This document shows, piece by piece, positions 1-12,989 of a stretch of DNA of 64,000 nucleotides (positions are counted from its first letter, which is position 1; each line of letters opens with the position of its first letter). The stretch is taken from the NCBI GenBank assembly GCA_951406725.2, contig OX597815.1, positions 163,122,001 through 163,186,000 of the forward strand, written 5' to 3'. The DNA is from Octopus vulgaris. Taxonomy: Eukaryota. Below the pieces are notes generated by a model. That model saw nothing but the letters and a program-made list of their open reading frames with translations, had not been told where the DNA came from and did no database searches. A program made the position numbers and the translations under genes.

Positions 1-1192
1 AAATATTCTTCTGTGTGGGGGAAGGGCTTGTGTGGGGGAGTGAGAATACTCAGAGAACTCATGTGACATATTGTTGTATTGAAAGGACTGACATGGTTTG
101 GAATTAACAGTAGAAATGTGTGATGCTTTTTTTAAGTAAATTACAACATTGTGGAATATTGTGAAAGCTTCCCAAAAACAAAGGTACTGAGGGTTAAGAT
201 AAATTTGTGTTTCTAGTATTTCTTTCCTCTGTCACTGAGTTACCATTTCCTAATGGAGTCTTAGGGGGTTCTATTATGGCATGATGTCTTCAGTAACTAA
301 ACATGGTGGGAGCTCATCCTACTCCAGGTCTGAGTAGAACCAATTTCTTACAGAGAGAGAGAAGAGAAAAAGAATGATCAACTCCAAATTCTGGCTCCTA
401 TCTTAATTGGGCAAATGTTATGGTCTCTAGATAGAGCTATGCTGTTCTATCACCAATTGGTCTACCAAGTTTCAGCTACCAATGATCATTGTCCTTCTGA
501 AAGCATGTAAGTCAAAGTTGACCTCAAAAGGACTTGACCTCGAGATGCAGTGAACCAGATTATCTAACAGATCTGATATTTGTTAGTATCCTATGATAGT
601 CTATCCAGCATTCAGCTTTCCTCACTGCTAAAGGGATTAGAATAGCTTTGAGCTCTACTCACTTGACCATGATGAAGTCAATAAGATGTTAGTCTTTGGA
701 CCTGGTGTTGGAAATGGTGTAGTTGTTGGTTAAGTTATGTTTCACACATAGAGAAAGAAGTATGATGCTGTTACTGTTACTATGGTTTCTGATTACTCAT
801 TTTCAGTTATTGTTGCATTAAGATACCCTGTTAGAATGACTTTGTTTTTTTGTTTGAGTATTTTACTTAGTGTCATATCTAATGTCTGATAGAATAGGTC
901 AGAGTGGCAGAGATCATAGCAGCTCTCTTTCAAGAGCAGTACCTAGTAACATTAGCTACTCCCTAATGCCAACTAGTGTTTCAGTCAGTTTAGTTTGCTA
1001 TCTTTTATTTGTTTCAGGCATTTGACTCAGGCCATGCTGGGGCAACAGTACTTGCTTTTTGTTAATCCTGGTACTAATTCTATCAATCTCTTTTGCCAAA
1101 CTAGGCTAGCACTAGACAGATATACATGGCATCACAATCAGGTCCTCAGTGTCATAAACGTAGCACTCAAGGAGAAGATCGAGGGATATAAT

Positions 1193-1228
1193 GTTTTGGC
1201 TGATATACCCTCCAGCCTTCATCAGGTG
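1193..1228 (-). ncRNA. Hammerhead ribozyme core, truncated and mutated, at the Penelope 3' end
   Basis: Minus strand CTGATGA-A-GGCTG-gagggtatat-CAGCC-AAAAC: core box plus 5-bp stem II. GAAA reads AAAA (consistent with CpG decay) and stem III/I are cut off by the TSD. Confidence 0.7.
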
Positions 1229-1299
1229 TCTTGGGGAAATTTTGAACCTGGGTTCTCATTCCTTGTTGTTTATTGTTGTTGTTATTATTATTATTATTC

Positions 1300-1373
1300 A
1301 GGTCACTGCCTAGAATCGAACTTGGAATCTTGATGTTAGTAGCCGGCGCTCTTAACCACTATGCCTTATGCCC
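1300..1373 (-). promoter_or_regulatory. tRNA-like segment (Pol III A and B boxes) inside the Penelope 3' region
   Basis: Minus strand GGCATAGTGGTTAAG (A box) ... CTACTAA (anticodon-loop-like) ... GTTCGATTC (B box), about 74 nt. Stems are imperfect, so this is not called as a tRNA gene. Confidence 0.65.
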
Positions 1374-4019
1374 GTGGGCAATTATGGAGTGAATTTTAGG
1401 GCTTATAAATTTAATATTCTCCTATCCTACCTTAATACCAGTTCCCATATGCTGTTCATATCTGCACTCGGTCTGCTTAGGAGTTTGTTGTGTTCTTTTA
1501 GTTTTTGTATTTTCCAGTGGTGTTCTCTGTCTATTATTTTAACTTCATCCCACAAGAGGAAGTGGTCTCCATTTTCCCATACATGATCCTATACCCGATT
1601 TGTCAATATCTCCCCATGTCACAGCTTTGCGATGTTCCTCTACCCTTATTTTGAGGAGGCGGCATGTTTCACCTTTGTATAACCTATCACAGCTGCATGG
1701 GATGGAGTACACATAGTTCTTAGTCATATTCTTTTCTATTGGTGGTTTTACTTGAAGGAGATATTTGCGAAGTGTTGTATTACTTTTGAATGCTGTCCTG
1801 ATGTCATATGGATATAATAGAGTACCCAAAAGTAGAAAAGCACGGAAGGATATACTTCTAGAAGGAGGGAAAAAGACATAAGGCCAGGCCTTCAAAAGAA
1901 ATATACAAGATATATTAAAGATAGAAGGAATACTAGGAGGTGGCTGCATGGCTGGAAAGACTGTTAATATTTCCACTCATAAAAACAACAAAAAGACCGA
2001 ACTTAATCCTATGGAACACAGAATGGAAAATTGGAATTTTGCTAGAGCTGACAGTGCCATGGGAGGTGAACATCGCTAATGCAGAGCAATGAAAGGAGAA
2101 GAGGTATGAGAGATTAATCGAAGATTATGGAGAACAGGGATGGAATGTCAAGTTTTTACCTCCTGGCAGTGGGGGCTAGAGGTTTCATTGAAAGAAAAAT
2201 GGCAATGTTATTTAAAAGAAGGTTTGCATTTTCAAGCTCAGAGCTGAGAAAAGTAATAAGGTGGATACAGGAGGCAGTCAACAAAGCCAGCTTCTATATG
2301 TAGCTGAAATGAGAAGACTCAAAATGACTTGAAAGCCATAACATGCCGACTGGGAAAAGCATTGCTAGATGAGGCTGGCTGACACTGAAGCAGCATCACT
2401 GATTGACAGGTGGGCCAAGATAGTGATCTTGTTCATAGCACACCCTCCTCCAAGTTTGAAAGCTTGTACCACCAAACAGGTGGTCGGCTTTGGCTGCTGG
2501 AACTGAAACTAACATGACCCTGTTGAAAGGCAGGTTTAGAGAGGGCATGGACCAAAACTACGTGCCCTTGCCCTCCATCAGTCAGTTGAAGCTTAGACAG
2601 TGACACAGAACAGTTAGCTGGTGCTGGTTGCTGGAGTTTACCAGGGAAATTTGGCAGATTGGTCATTTGCCCGCTGACGTTTGTTGATACTGCATCAAAG
2701 AAACCAAAGAGCAAAAGAAAAAACGCACTCAACACCAGAGCTGAAGATACTTCTGAAAGGATGAGGTGCCCACCACATCAAAAACAGTAAAGGAGTAGGG
2801 ACTGAAACTGGACTTGGTTCATCCTGATGATGTTTTTAGCCATTGGATCCTATAAAAGAGATGTTGAGGTAGTAAACCATGAAACATGGTTGGAATTCCA
2901 CAGGGGCTTAAACACACCAACGCCAGTTGTCAGTCAGGGAGCAAACAGAGGCACACAAACAAACACACATGCATAACGGACTTCTTTCAGTTTTGATCTA
3001 CTAATTGCACTCACGAGGCTTTGCTCAACCTGAGACTATAGTAGAAGATGCTTGCCCAGAGTGTCATGTAGTGGGGCTGAACCCAGAACCATGTAATTGG
3101 GAAGTAAGTTTCTTACCACACAGCTATGCCTACACCTGTGATCTGATCCTTACAGCAAAAATTATGTCTTATAAATAATGTCCACTCTGAAAATAGCTCT
3201 TGCATAAGAAGGTATAGACCACAACAACCTTGTTGAGAGAACCCCCTCTAAGTAGCCTGATTTCATTGAGTTCCACATTATAGTGCCTTGGTTCACTGAC
3301 CTTGATAACTGTTTGTCCCTGGTTTTGGCTTGTCAAGTTGCTGACATCAAGTGATGCCTATATATGTCACATGACAAGCATAATTACTTAAATTATGTTT
3401 CTTGATTTTTATGATTGCTACTGTATATAGGATGCCCTGACATGTGGGTTTTCTGTCCAGAAACTGAGCTGAGTGGACAATTTTTAGGTTACCTTTCCTT
3501 AGCTCCTATCCTGCTAGGGAAAATGGTATATCCCTACATAGAACTATTCAATCACACCAGTTTCCTGCCAAGGGCCAGGAAACTCAGTCCCAGCTACTAA
3601 TGATCATTGCCATTCTAAATTGATGATGGGCAGAGTTTTGACTAGAAATTTCTTTCACACTCAGACCTGATTCTGTTGCCTTACATTTTTTGTGTTTACA
3701 GTTAATCACTTTGTCAACCCAAGTGAAATCATAGTTGTGTCTGATGCTGGTGTCATGTAACTGGCATCTGTGCTGGTGGGATGTAAAAAGCACCTTTCAA
3801 GCATAGAGTCTCATGGATGCCGGTGGCATGTGCAAAGCACCTTTTGAGTGTTGGGCCTCATGGAAGCAATGACAAATGACTGAAACCTTTGGCATTTTGC
3901 CATGCTTGAGAAGACCTGTCAAGTAGAATTGCAGTTGTGACAGATACTGGTGTCATGCAAATTGCACACATGCCAGTGGTGCATAAAAGCACCCATTGCA
4001 CTCTCAGAGTGGTTGGCGT

Positions 4020-4528
4020 CCCGACAAGACTCCGAGCGAAGGGGTGAACCAGACTCGAAGGGCGAACCAGACTTGAAGGGCAAACCAGACTCGAAGGGCG
4101 AACCAGACTCGAAGGGCGAACCAGAATCGAAGGGCGAACCAGACTCGAAGGGTGAACCAGACTCGAAGGGCAAACCAGACTCGGCGGGCAGTGAAGACTG
4201 TTTTAACCATGGTGATTTAATCCGACTCTGCTGCTTTCCTAACCCTGGCATTCACGCTACCGATGACCAGCGATGAAGTATCTCCTTCTGTGAAAAAAAT
4301 AAACTATTATTGTTATTTGTTCAGCGATTCGTGTTCCTGCCATTTTATTCCTTTCTACAACATTGTAGGGAAATGTGTGAAGCAACCTACAAGTGCAGAT
4401 ATCACACAGAGATAGATAACAAAAATCCTACACATACAACAATTTCACAATATTTTTCATTATTTTCAAAATTAATTAAAACAACAGTTAAGAGTGATTC
4501 ATTAGGAATACAGTAATGAAAGAGTTAA
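4020..4528 (-). mobile_element. CpG-rich insert, probable piggyBac-like terminal fragment
   Basis: Interrupts a SINE at GGTTGGCGT (4019). Ends GGAATACAGTAATGAAAGAG-TTAA (TTAA at 4525-4528), resembling the AAAGGG-TTAA ends of the MITEs in this window. Confidence 0.4.
4038..4190. repeat. 18-bp tandem minisatellite, about 8-9 copies of CCAGACTCGAAGGGCGAA
   Basis: Directly visible. Reads EPDSKG on + and PFESGS on -. Confidence 0.95.
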
Positions 4529-5009
4529 AGCTGACCATCACAGCTTATTTTTCTCTCAGAGGATAATTCTTCCTAGTCTCACCTACAAGATAACAAGGCT
4601 ATGATTGATAAATACCAAAGCATATCTCTCTGGATAAGCCTGCTCATTGCATCTCTGGGAAGGAAATAAAACTCTGCTTTGTCACATGAACTGGCCAATA
4701 GCAGCAAACTATATGCAAAAAAATTGCAGAAACTAGAGCATTAGAGACATCTCATCAACCTTATGCTTGTTCTATCCCTGGTTCACATCACTAAATACAC
4801 CACCCTGTAACTTTTGTGTACGGCCTCTGCCTCCTCTCTCTCTCTCACATCTATACCATCTTTCTCTCCTCTCTCTCTCTCCCTCTCTCTTCCCCCTCTC
4901 CCCCTCTCTCTTTCCATCTTTCCTTCTAATGCAAGATATCACCTTCTCTATCTCTCGATACTACTCCCCCCACCAATTGAGGGGTCTTGTTCTGCAAGTT
5001 ACTTAGTGA

Positions 5010-5200
5010 CCTCACTGTTGCTGGTGCCATGTCAACTGCACCTGGCACACTCTGTAAATATTAAGTGGTTGGCATTAGGATGAGCATCCGGCAATAGAAA
5101 CCATGCCAAAACAGGATAGCAGAACTTGGTGCAGTCTTCTGACTTGCCAGTTCCTGTCAAACACCGTCCTATCCATGCCAGTCTGGAAAACGGACTTAAA
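5010..5200 (+). mobile_element. SINE with RTE-type tail (family C)
   Basis: Degenerate GGTTGGCATTAGGA...CATGCCAG...GGACTTAAATGATGATG, shared with many copies in the window. Confidence 0.7.
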
Positions 5201-5213
5201 TGATGATGATGAC

Positions 5214-5246
<33 letters not shown>

Positions 5247-5320
5247 GGTGGTGGTGGTGGTGGTAGTGGTGGTGGTGGTGATCGTGATGGTGATGATGAT
5301 GATGGTAGTGGTGGTGGTGG

Positions 5321-5354
<34 letters not shown>

Positions 5355-5409
5355 GGTGGTGGTGGTGGTGGTGATGGTGGTGATGGTGATGGTGATGATG
5401 ATGATGATG
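5200..5409. repeat. (GAT)n/(GGT)n compound microsatellite
   Basis: Directly visible. Source of the poly-His/Pro/Gly ORFs. Confidence 0.98.
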
Positions 5410-5665
5410 TATTTGAACAACTGGAAATTGATAGATGATGAGAGTTTGGCATGATGTAATTCTTGGCAGGAAATATGTCGTACAGTGTTGCAATTACATT
5501 ATAGCGTTTAGTTCACACATTTAGAAGAATAGCACTAAATACTTTTATTGGAAGCAATACTGGCTTAAACTGAGTAAGCATTATTCAATAGCAGAAAAAA
5601 AATTTGAGCCATCCATGAAGCAAGTTTCTTTATAGGTCTTCACTTAGCCCAGCAGTTAATAGTAC

Positions 5666-5905
<240 letters not shown>

Positions 5906-6533
5906 GTATATGTATATATTAGAAAGTCTGTGCGATATTTTTATGTGTATTTTAGTTTTTCTAACATTTCATTTCTCGCTTTTGATCTTATTAATGTGAT
6001 CTAGAAAACAGTATATCAATAGCTGCTACAAAGCTACAATCTTATATCAAAACCACTTTGCTGTGTGTCAGGCCACCATGCTCTTAGTTAATTACCTTTG
6101 CATTTTAACTGATATACATTTTATCAACGTACAAGGGAAGCTGATAACATGCTACGCAAAAAGCTGATAACATGTTCAGTTATATAGAGCTGACAGCATG
6201 ATTCAGTAGTCATAATTATAAGGAGCCAAAATTGTGCTGTAAAATCTTTAACCCATTCATTCATCCTTTGTTGAGATCTACCATAGAGCTGTACTTTTTA
6301 ATTACATTTTTTCTATGAATGTATTTTAAAGGGAAACAGTAGAAATAGATATTATATTCTTCAATTCCATTTTTGTTAATTAACCATATTTCACTTGTTA
6401 AAGAATTTTTTGGGTTTTTTTTTTTCATGTTTTTCAGTTTGTTAACGTAGTCATTTTCAAACTGAAAAATGTAGTTTGAAATCTGAATTACAAAACCATC
6501 TTTCATTTCCTCTGTTATTCTTGGTGATTTCAG

Positions 6534-6714
6534 GCAGCAAAGAGAAGATCTTTTAAAAAAGCAGAATGAAAACAATGAGTATATAACGAAAATTAAAAAG
6601 AAGGATACCAATCTAAACTTGCGTCCAGAAAGTCCTATGCCCAAGAAACAGTCGAAAAAACACACTGGACCATATGCTAACAAAAGGAAGATATGTGCAC
6701 TCCATAAAAGAAAG
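6534..6714 (+). CDS. Internal exon of unnamed gene 1 (QQREDLLKKQNENNEYITKIKKKDTNLNLRPESPMPKKQSKKHTGPYANKRKICALHKRK)
   Basis: Acceptor ...ttggtgatttcag|, donor AAG|gtaggc, 181 nt. Open frame in unique sequence, phase 2 to 0. Confidence 0.75.
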
Positions 6715-6791
6715 GTAGGCAGTTTAAAGAACCGAAAGTGTCATTCTGTTATTTGGAATATTGTTATGAATTTATTCATATCTAGTAGAGA

Positions 6792-7620
<829 letters not shown>

Positions 7621-7808
7621 AGATAGTAAGTAAAAAGGCAAAACAAACAATTTGTCTGCAGCACATAGACTTATATAATAGTGGATCTTGAAGTACATAA
7701 AGCCACATTGGGTTGAAAAATCCTGTTTGAATAGCAAAAGTCAAAGGCTGTTTGTGAGACATGTTTACAACCCAATATTTCCATGCTGTTATCAATGAGT
7801 TTCAAGTC

Positions 7809-8250
7809 AGCGAGCTGGCATAATCGTTAGCATGCCAGGCAAAATGCTTAGCAGCATTTTGTCCATCTTTACAATATGAGTTCAAATTCTGCTGAGGTCA
7901 ACTTTGCTTTTCATCCTTTCAGGGTTGACGAACTAAGTACCAGTTACGCGCTGGGATCAGTGGAACTGACTAGGCCCTCCCACAAAAAATTCAAGCCTTG
8001 AGCTTAGAGTAGAAAGGATTATTTATGGGTTTGCATAGGAGGCAAGATGGCTGAGTCAGTAGTATGATGGGTAAAACGCTTAACGGCATTTTGTTCATCT
8101 TTATGTTCTAATTTCAAATTCTGGGAAGGTTGACTTTGCTTTTAATCCTTTTAGGGTCGATAAAATAAATATCAGCTGAGCACTGGGGTCAATGTAACCA
8201 ACTTAACTCAACTCCCAAAATTGCTGGCCTTGTGCCAAAATTTGAAACCT
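7809..8250 (+). mobile_element. Two degenerate family A SINEs
   Basis: Repeated GAGTTCAAATTC...CTTTGCTTTTCATCCTTTC...AGTACCAG core. Confidence 0.8.
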
Positions 8251-8711
8251 TTCAAGACTCAGTGGTTAAAGCGTTGGGCTCACAATCATGAGGTGCTGAG
8301 TTTGATTTCTGGATTGGGCTGTGTGTTGTGTTCTTGAGCAATATACTTTATTCCACATTGCTCCAGTTTTACTCAGCTGTAGAAATGAGTTGTGACATCG
8401 CTGGTACCAAGCTCTATCAGCCTTTGTCTCTCTTTTGGATAACATTGGTGGTGTGGAGAGGAGATTCTGGTATGCATGGGCGACTGCTGGTCTTCCATAA
8501 ACAACATTGTCTGAACTTGTAACAATTCCATGGTCATTCATGACTGAAGGTAGTCTTTATCCTTTACTCTAAGTGCTTCAAGCTATACTATTCCATAAAA
8601 GAATTGTTTTATGTTCTCTTACAAGCTTATAAATTCTTATGATGTCAGCAACTTACAAAATAGTGTTTAAAATACCTATTACACACACACAAAAAAACCT
8701 TTCATAGCAAA

Positions 8712-9096
8712 TCTCTCTGTATGTAAAGCTGAAGTTGTCTGTGTATGGCAGGTTTGGTAGCCTTCAACTAACACTCTCTCCTCCGAGACCCTGTAGTGCA
8801 AGTTGACCAAAATTGATTGAAGAAGGCTTGCTCTTCATTTCGTAGAAGAAAAAATTCAAATTGGACCATGTTAACACCAAAAATTATTTACATCAAAAAG
8901 GTGCTTATTTTCTATGAAAATCCCTATTTTTTATGATTTTTTTACTGCTGTGTCGCCATTTTTCGGTGTATTTCAACCAGAAAAATGTTCACTTAAAGAG
9001 AATAACAAACTACATAATGCAAAATTTTCTACTTTTCAAAAATTCCATTTCTAAAGGATCGAAACAAACCCAAGCAACGCCAGGTGATACTGCTAG
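8712..9096 (+). mobile_element. Non-autonomous Helitron-like element
   Basis: Starts TCTCTC after an A. Ends with a degenerate hairpin (ACCCAAGCAACGCCAGGT) followed by CTAG|T. Confidence 0.6.
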
Positions 9097-9641
9097 TAGA
9101 AGTTAAAGTGAGGCGTTGATAATATATTCGTGGTAGGAGCTTGTAGCTGAGCACAATCAGAAGAACTCTGTAAATTTAAGAAGTTAAAAGACAGAGTAAT
9201 AAAGTGAAGATGAGCTGAAAATCTGATTCTATTCTAGGATCAGATCAGCATGTTCTATTCATTTACAGTTTATAAAAGAAATACAACTAATTCAGTAGAA
9301 ACTGTAGGTTGTGTGACTCATGTAAAATTTTCCTTAATTCCCTGTTTATGAAATAGATCTTACAAACCAACTATGTTACCATCAAGGAAATGATTCAAGT
9401 GAAAAATTAGACAGAAAAATTAGTACATCTTTTGTATTGTATGTATATGGCTCAAATCATGACCAAAATTTTCCAGTTTAATTTTTAGAAGCTGGAACGT
9501 GGATACATTTGAATTTTTCGATATATTTATGAGAATTTTGTTGAGAAAAATTTTAACTAGATTCATTGTTTTTAGGCGAATTTCCCATGTGACTTTCCTT
9601 TTACTTTAAATACATTTAAAAAGCACATGCTTATGTATACT

Positions 9642-9868
9642 TTAACCTGTAGTATTTAAACCAGCCACATCCAGCCCAAATATTGTATCTGTTTTATAGT
9701 GAAACTAGCCACATCCAGCTTCTCACCTATTCTACAATATCATTCTGAAAATAAACAATCACATCATTGAACTCTCAAAGCTATGAGATAATGCATGATT
9801 AATTCAAAACAATGTGAATAAATAAGCATTGCATTTGATTAAGTAATATCTTAATGCCAAAGGGTTAA
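9642..9868. mobile_element. piggyBac-type MITE with TTAA-CCCTTTAGCAT termini. Related copies near 10531-10960, 18247-18670, 21326-21517, 41060-41245 and 47580-47801
   Basis: Degenerate TIRs ending AAAGGG-TTAA and shared internal AATAAGCATT/TTCAAAACAATGTGAATAAA. Confidence 0.7.
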
Positions 9869-9961
9869 AGAATAAAGGATACTTAAAAGATACTTAGAGT
9901 AAGGCTATAGTTTTTCAGTGCTTTAAAAGTGATGGGTACTAAACAGTTGAACTGCATATAT

Positions 9962-10394
9962 ATTCTTTTCTACTCTAGGCACAAAGCCCAGAATTTGGGG
10001 GCTGGGTCCAGTCGATTAGATCGATCCCAGTATGCAACTAGTACTTAATTTATCGACCCCCAAAAGAATGAAAGGCAAAGTCGAACTTGGCAGAATTTGA
10101 ACTCATAATGTAAAGACAGACAAAATACCGCTAAGCATTTTGCTTGGCGTGCTAACATTTCTTATTTCTTTATTGCCCACAAGGGGCTAAACATAGAGGG
10201 GACAAACAAGGACAGACAAAAGGATTAAGTCAATTACATTGACCCCAGTGCATAATTGGTACTTAATTTATCAACCCCGAAAGGATGAAAGGCAAAGTCA
10301 ACCTTGGCGGAATTTGAACTCAGAACGTAAGGACAGACGAAATGCCGCTAAGCATTTTGCCTGGTGTGCTAATGTTTCTGCCAGCTCACCGCCT
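9962..10394 (-). mobile_element. Tandem pair of family A SINEs
   Basis: Reverse complement of the 6813-7046 element, present twice. Confidence 0.85.
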
Positions 10395-11394
10395 TAAACT
10401 ACACATATATTGAACCTTAAATGGCGAGAAATGCTTGCACGAATATGTGTGCAAAATAGGCAAAAAACAAAAAAAAATCTCTTTTTCTTAAGGGTAATTT
10501 TTATGTTTTTATACTTGTTTTTAGTTTATTTCTTTAGCATTCAGATTACTCTGCCAAATGTAATGCTTATTAATTCACGTTGTTTTGAATTAATCATGTT
10601 TATTTTCAGAATGCCTGCAGCAATTATTTTTTTAAGGTGGCGAGCTGGCAGACTCATTAGCACTCTGGACAAAATGCTTAGTGGCATTTTGTCTGTCTTT
10701 ACATTCTGAGTTCAAATTCTCCCATGGTTGACCTTGCCTTTCATTCTTTCAGGATCGATTAAATAAGTACCAGTGGAGCACTGGGTTGATGTAATTGATT
10801 AGCCCCCTCCACCAAAACTTCAGGCCTTGTGCCTATAGTAGAAAGGACTTTTAGAATGACATTGCAGGGTAAGCCTGAAAGGCCAAATCTGGCCAATTTG
10901 AACATGAAACAAGGAGGATATCTGGGCCAGGTATGGCTGGTTTAAATACTAAAGGGTTAACCTTTAGCATACTGTAGGTGCATTATGTCACCATATGAAT
11001 TTTCTCCCCTGTAGTAACAGGGCAGTTTGGCAGGAAAAAACAATTCTAGAGAAAATGCAGTGTTCTAAAAGTTAAACAAGTATAAAAACTATTATATTTG
11101 ATTGCCTCTTGCACAACAAAATTAACAATTTCATTACTGAAATATAATAGTTTCATCACTTTCCTTTGATGATGGCTGTTTCCATGTAAAATTTTTGAGA
11201 TATCAGCTAATGATGTTTGTTGTTCTTTAATGAAACATCAATTGATGATGTCCAGCATTTAAGGGTTTATGGTTGACATTCTGAAAGAGAGTTCCAGAGT
11301 TTAAAATATGCAGAAAGGAATTGTTTTGACCAGAATTAAAATATGGATAAGAGAAAGCCATCAAGGCATATATTGGGCAATTATTATTTTACAG

Positions 11395-11616
11395 TCTATG
11401 ACCAAAGAAGAGAAATTTGATGTTGGGTATGATAGTTCTAAACCTGATGAAATCCGTGATGATGAAGAGCTGATTCGAGTAAGCGCTTTAGTCCAACGCG
11501 ACACTCTTGTTCGAGGGCTTGGTGTTGCTAACATTGTCTATCGACTGCTTAACATACATCGGAACAGTGAAACTTCACCAAGTCATGAAAGACATGACAA
11601 GCAATTAGTTGTTCAA
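11395..11616 (+). CDS. Internal exon of gene 1 (SMTKEEKFDVGYDSSKPDEIRDDEELIRVSALVQRDTLVRGLGVANIVYRLLNIHRNSETSPSHERHDKQLVVQ)
   Basis: Acceptor ttattattttacag|, donor CAA|gtaagt, 222 nt, phase 0 to 0. CpGs are retained and the phase is compatible with the previous exon. Confidence 0.85.
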
Positions 11617-11759
11617 GTAAGTATATCTTTTTATCTTTTGTTTTGTTTCAGATACTGGACTGCAGTCTTGCTGGAGAATTGCCTTTGTTAAAACATGTGT
11701 CTAATTAATGCTAGGTTATTAATTGCTTTTTGGCATAAATTTCATCTTGATTTGTTTTT

Positions 11760-12640
11760 CAATGCAGGATCTTTTCGAATATCTCCTGTGGTTGAAATTT
11801 GGAATTAATAAGCTTAATAATGATCCAGTGGAATGTTGGAACTTTCCCACATAATTTGTCTCCATGTGTCATAATTAGGCCAACTTAAACAGAATCCAGT
11901 AGTTGGACCCTGGTTCAGAAGTTCTAGGATTTTGAGGAGTGTGGAACCAACTCTTAGTCATTATTGCATGCCTGTCACTCAGGGGCTGCACTGGACAGCA
12001 CTGTCCTCTCACTATTCAGTGATTCACCCTCAAATTTACACTGATACATTTATTTTGAAACTCTGCTTTAGCATTATTACAAACTAGTGCCTACCCAGAA
12101 TATTTTGAAGAACCCACCCCTAGGCACCAAAGTTTGGCAATAGGCCTGCACTCTTGAACTCAGCTCTGCTCTGATCCAGAGTTGTACATTTGTCAGGGTC
12201 CCAGCTATGTATTAAATAGCATGTAACCACCTGAGCCAGGGTATGTTGAAATCATGGGACGCAGCATGGCAGGTGTGAACTATTTCAGCAAATGAATCAT
12301 ATTGAAATCAAAGGCAAATATCACAAGATGCTGAGCAGATGAACAGACAATAAACTGTCAATGACCAGGATCAACCAGTTCAGTTTGCAAACTACTGCTA
12401 TCATCTGTAGTCTTGGCATGTGCAGATGAGATATTAGCTTCTGAAAGATTAATGTAATTTTCACACCTCATCGCTCAATCAATGCATTTGGCATGGAACA
12501 GTTACTTTGTTTTGAGCAAGTTACCTGACCTGGATAGATGGATTAGCGACCATAACTTTTCAGGCTTTAAACAGCATAAAGACTGGAATTCAACGATCAT
12601 TCGAGTATTTCTACTTCTTAATGCAGCATGACCCAGTATA
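11760..12640 (-). mobile_element. Highly degenerate CR1/L2-like LINE fragment
   Basis: Decayed coding-like sequence with weak endonuclease-region resemblance. No intact ORF. Confidence 0.35.
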
Positions 12641-12676
12641 TATTGTATCTTTCTACAGCTAGGTGAGAAGTTCAGC

Positions 12677-12862
12677 TTCTTCTTCTTCTTCTTCTTCTTC
12701 TTCTTCTTCTTCTTCTTCTTCTTCTTGTTCTTCTTCTTCTTCTGCTCCTCCTTCTTCTTCTTCTTCTTCTTCTTCTTCTTCTTCTTCTTCTTCTTCTTCT
12801 TTGTCCTTCTTCTTCTTCTTCTTCTTCTTCTTCTTCTTCTTCTCCTCCTCCTCCTTCTTCTT

Positions 12863-12942
<80 letters not shown>
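12677..12942. repeat. (CTT)n plus (TTA)n microsatellite
   Basis: Directly visible. Confidence 0.98.
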
Positions 12943-12989
12943 CATCTCTCTTTATCACATGTTTTGTTGGAGCTCCTGGACTTTTACAT

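Larger units (their letters stand above)
1193..1809 (-). mobile_element. 5'-truncated Penelope-like element (GIY-YIG endonuclease end plus pseudo-LTR) nested in HERO
   Basis: Minus ORF NYVYSIPCSCDRLYKGETCRLLKIRVEEHRKAV is a GIY-YIG signature. Flanked by the direct repeat GGATATAAT (1184-1192 and 1810-1818). Confidence 0.85.
1100..2835 (+). mobile_element. HERO-clade non-LTR retrotransposon, degenerate 3' part (restriction-like endonuclease region plus 3' UTR), interrupted by insertions
   Basis: Translation ALDRYTWHHNQVL (1100-1150) and ELTVPWEVNIANAEQ*KEKRYERLIEDYGEQGW...AVGARGF...KASFYM*LK (2045-2310), matching HERO RLE motifs (RYxWRHNQVL, ELTVPWE, VGxRGF). Contains stops and frameshifts. 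The 3' boundary is approximate. Confidence 0.8.

Noticed and set aside
2800-2895. GAAAC...CTGATGA...GAAAC as a hammerhead
   Set aside because: Stems I and II cannot be closed convincingly in either permutation. More likely decayed LINE 3' UTR.
4038-4190. 18-bp array as a CRISPR locus
   Set aside because: The units are contiguous with no unique spacers, there are no cas genes, and the context is eukaryotic.
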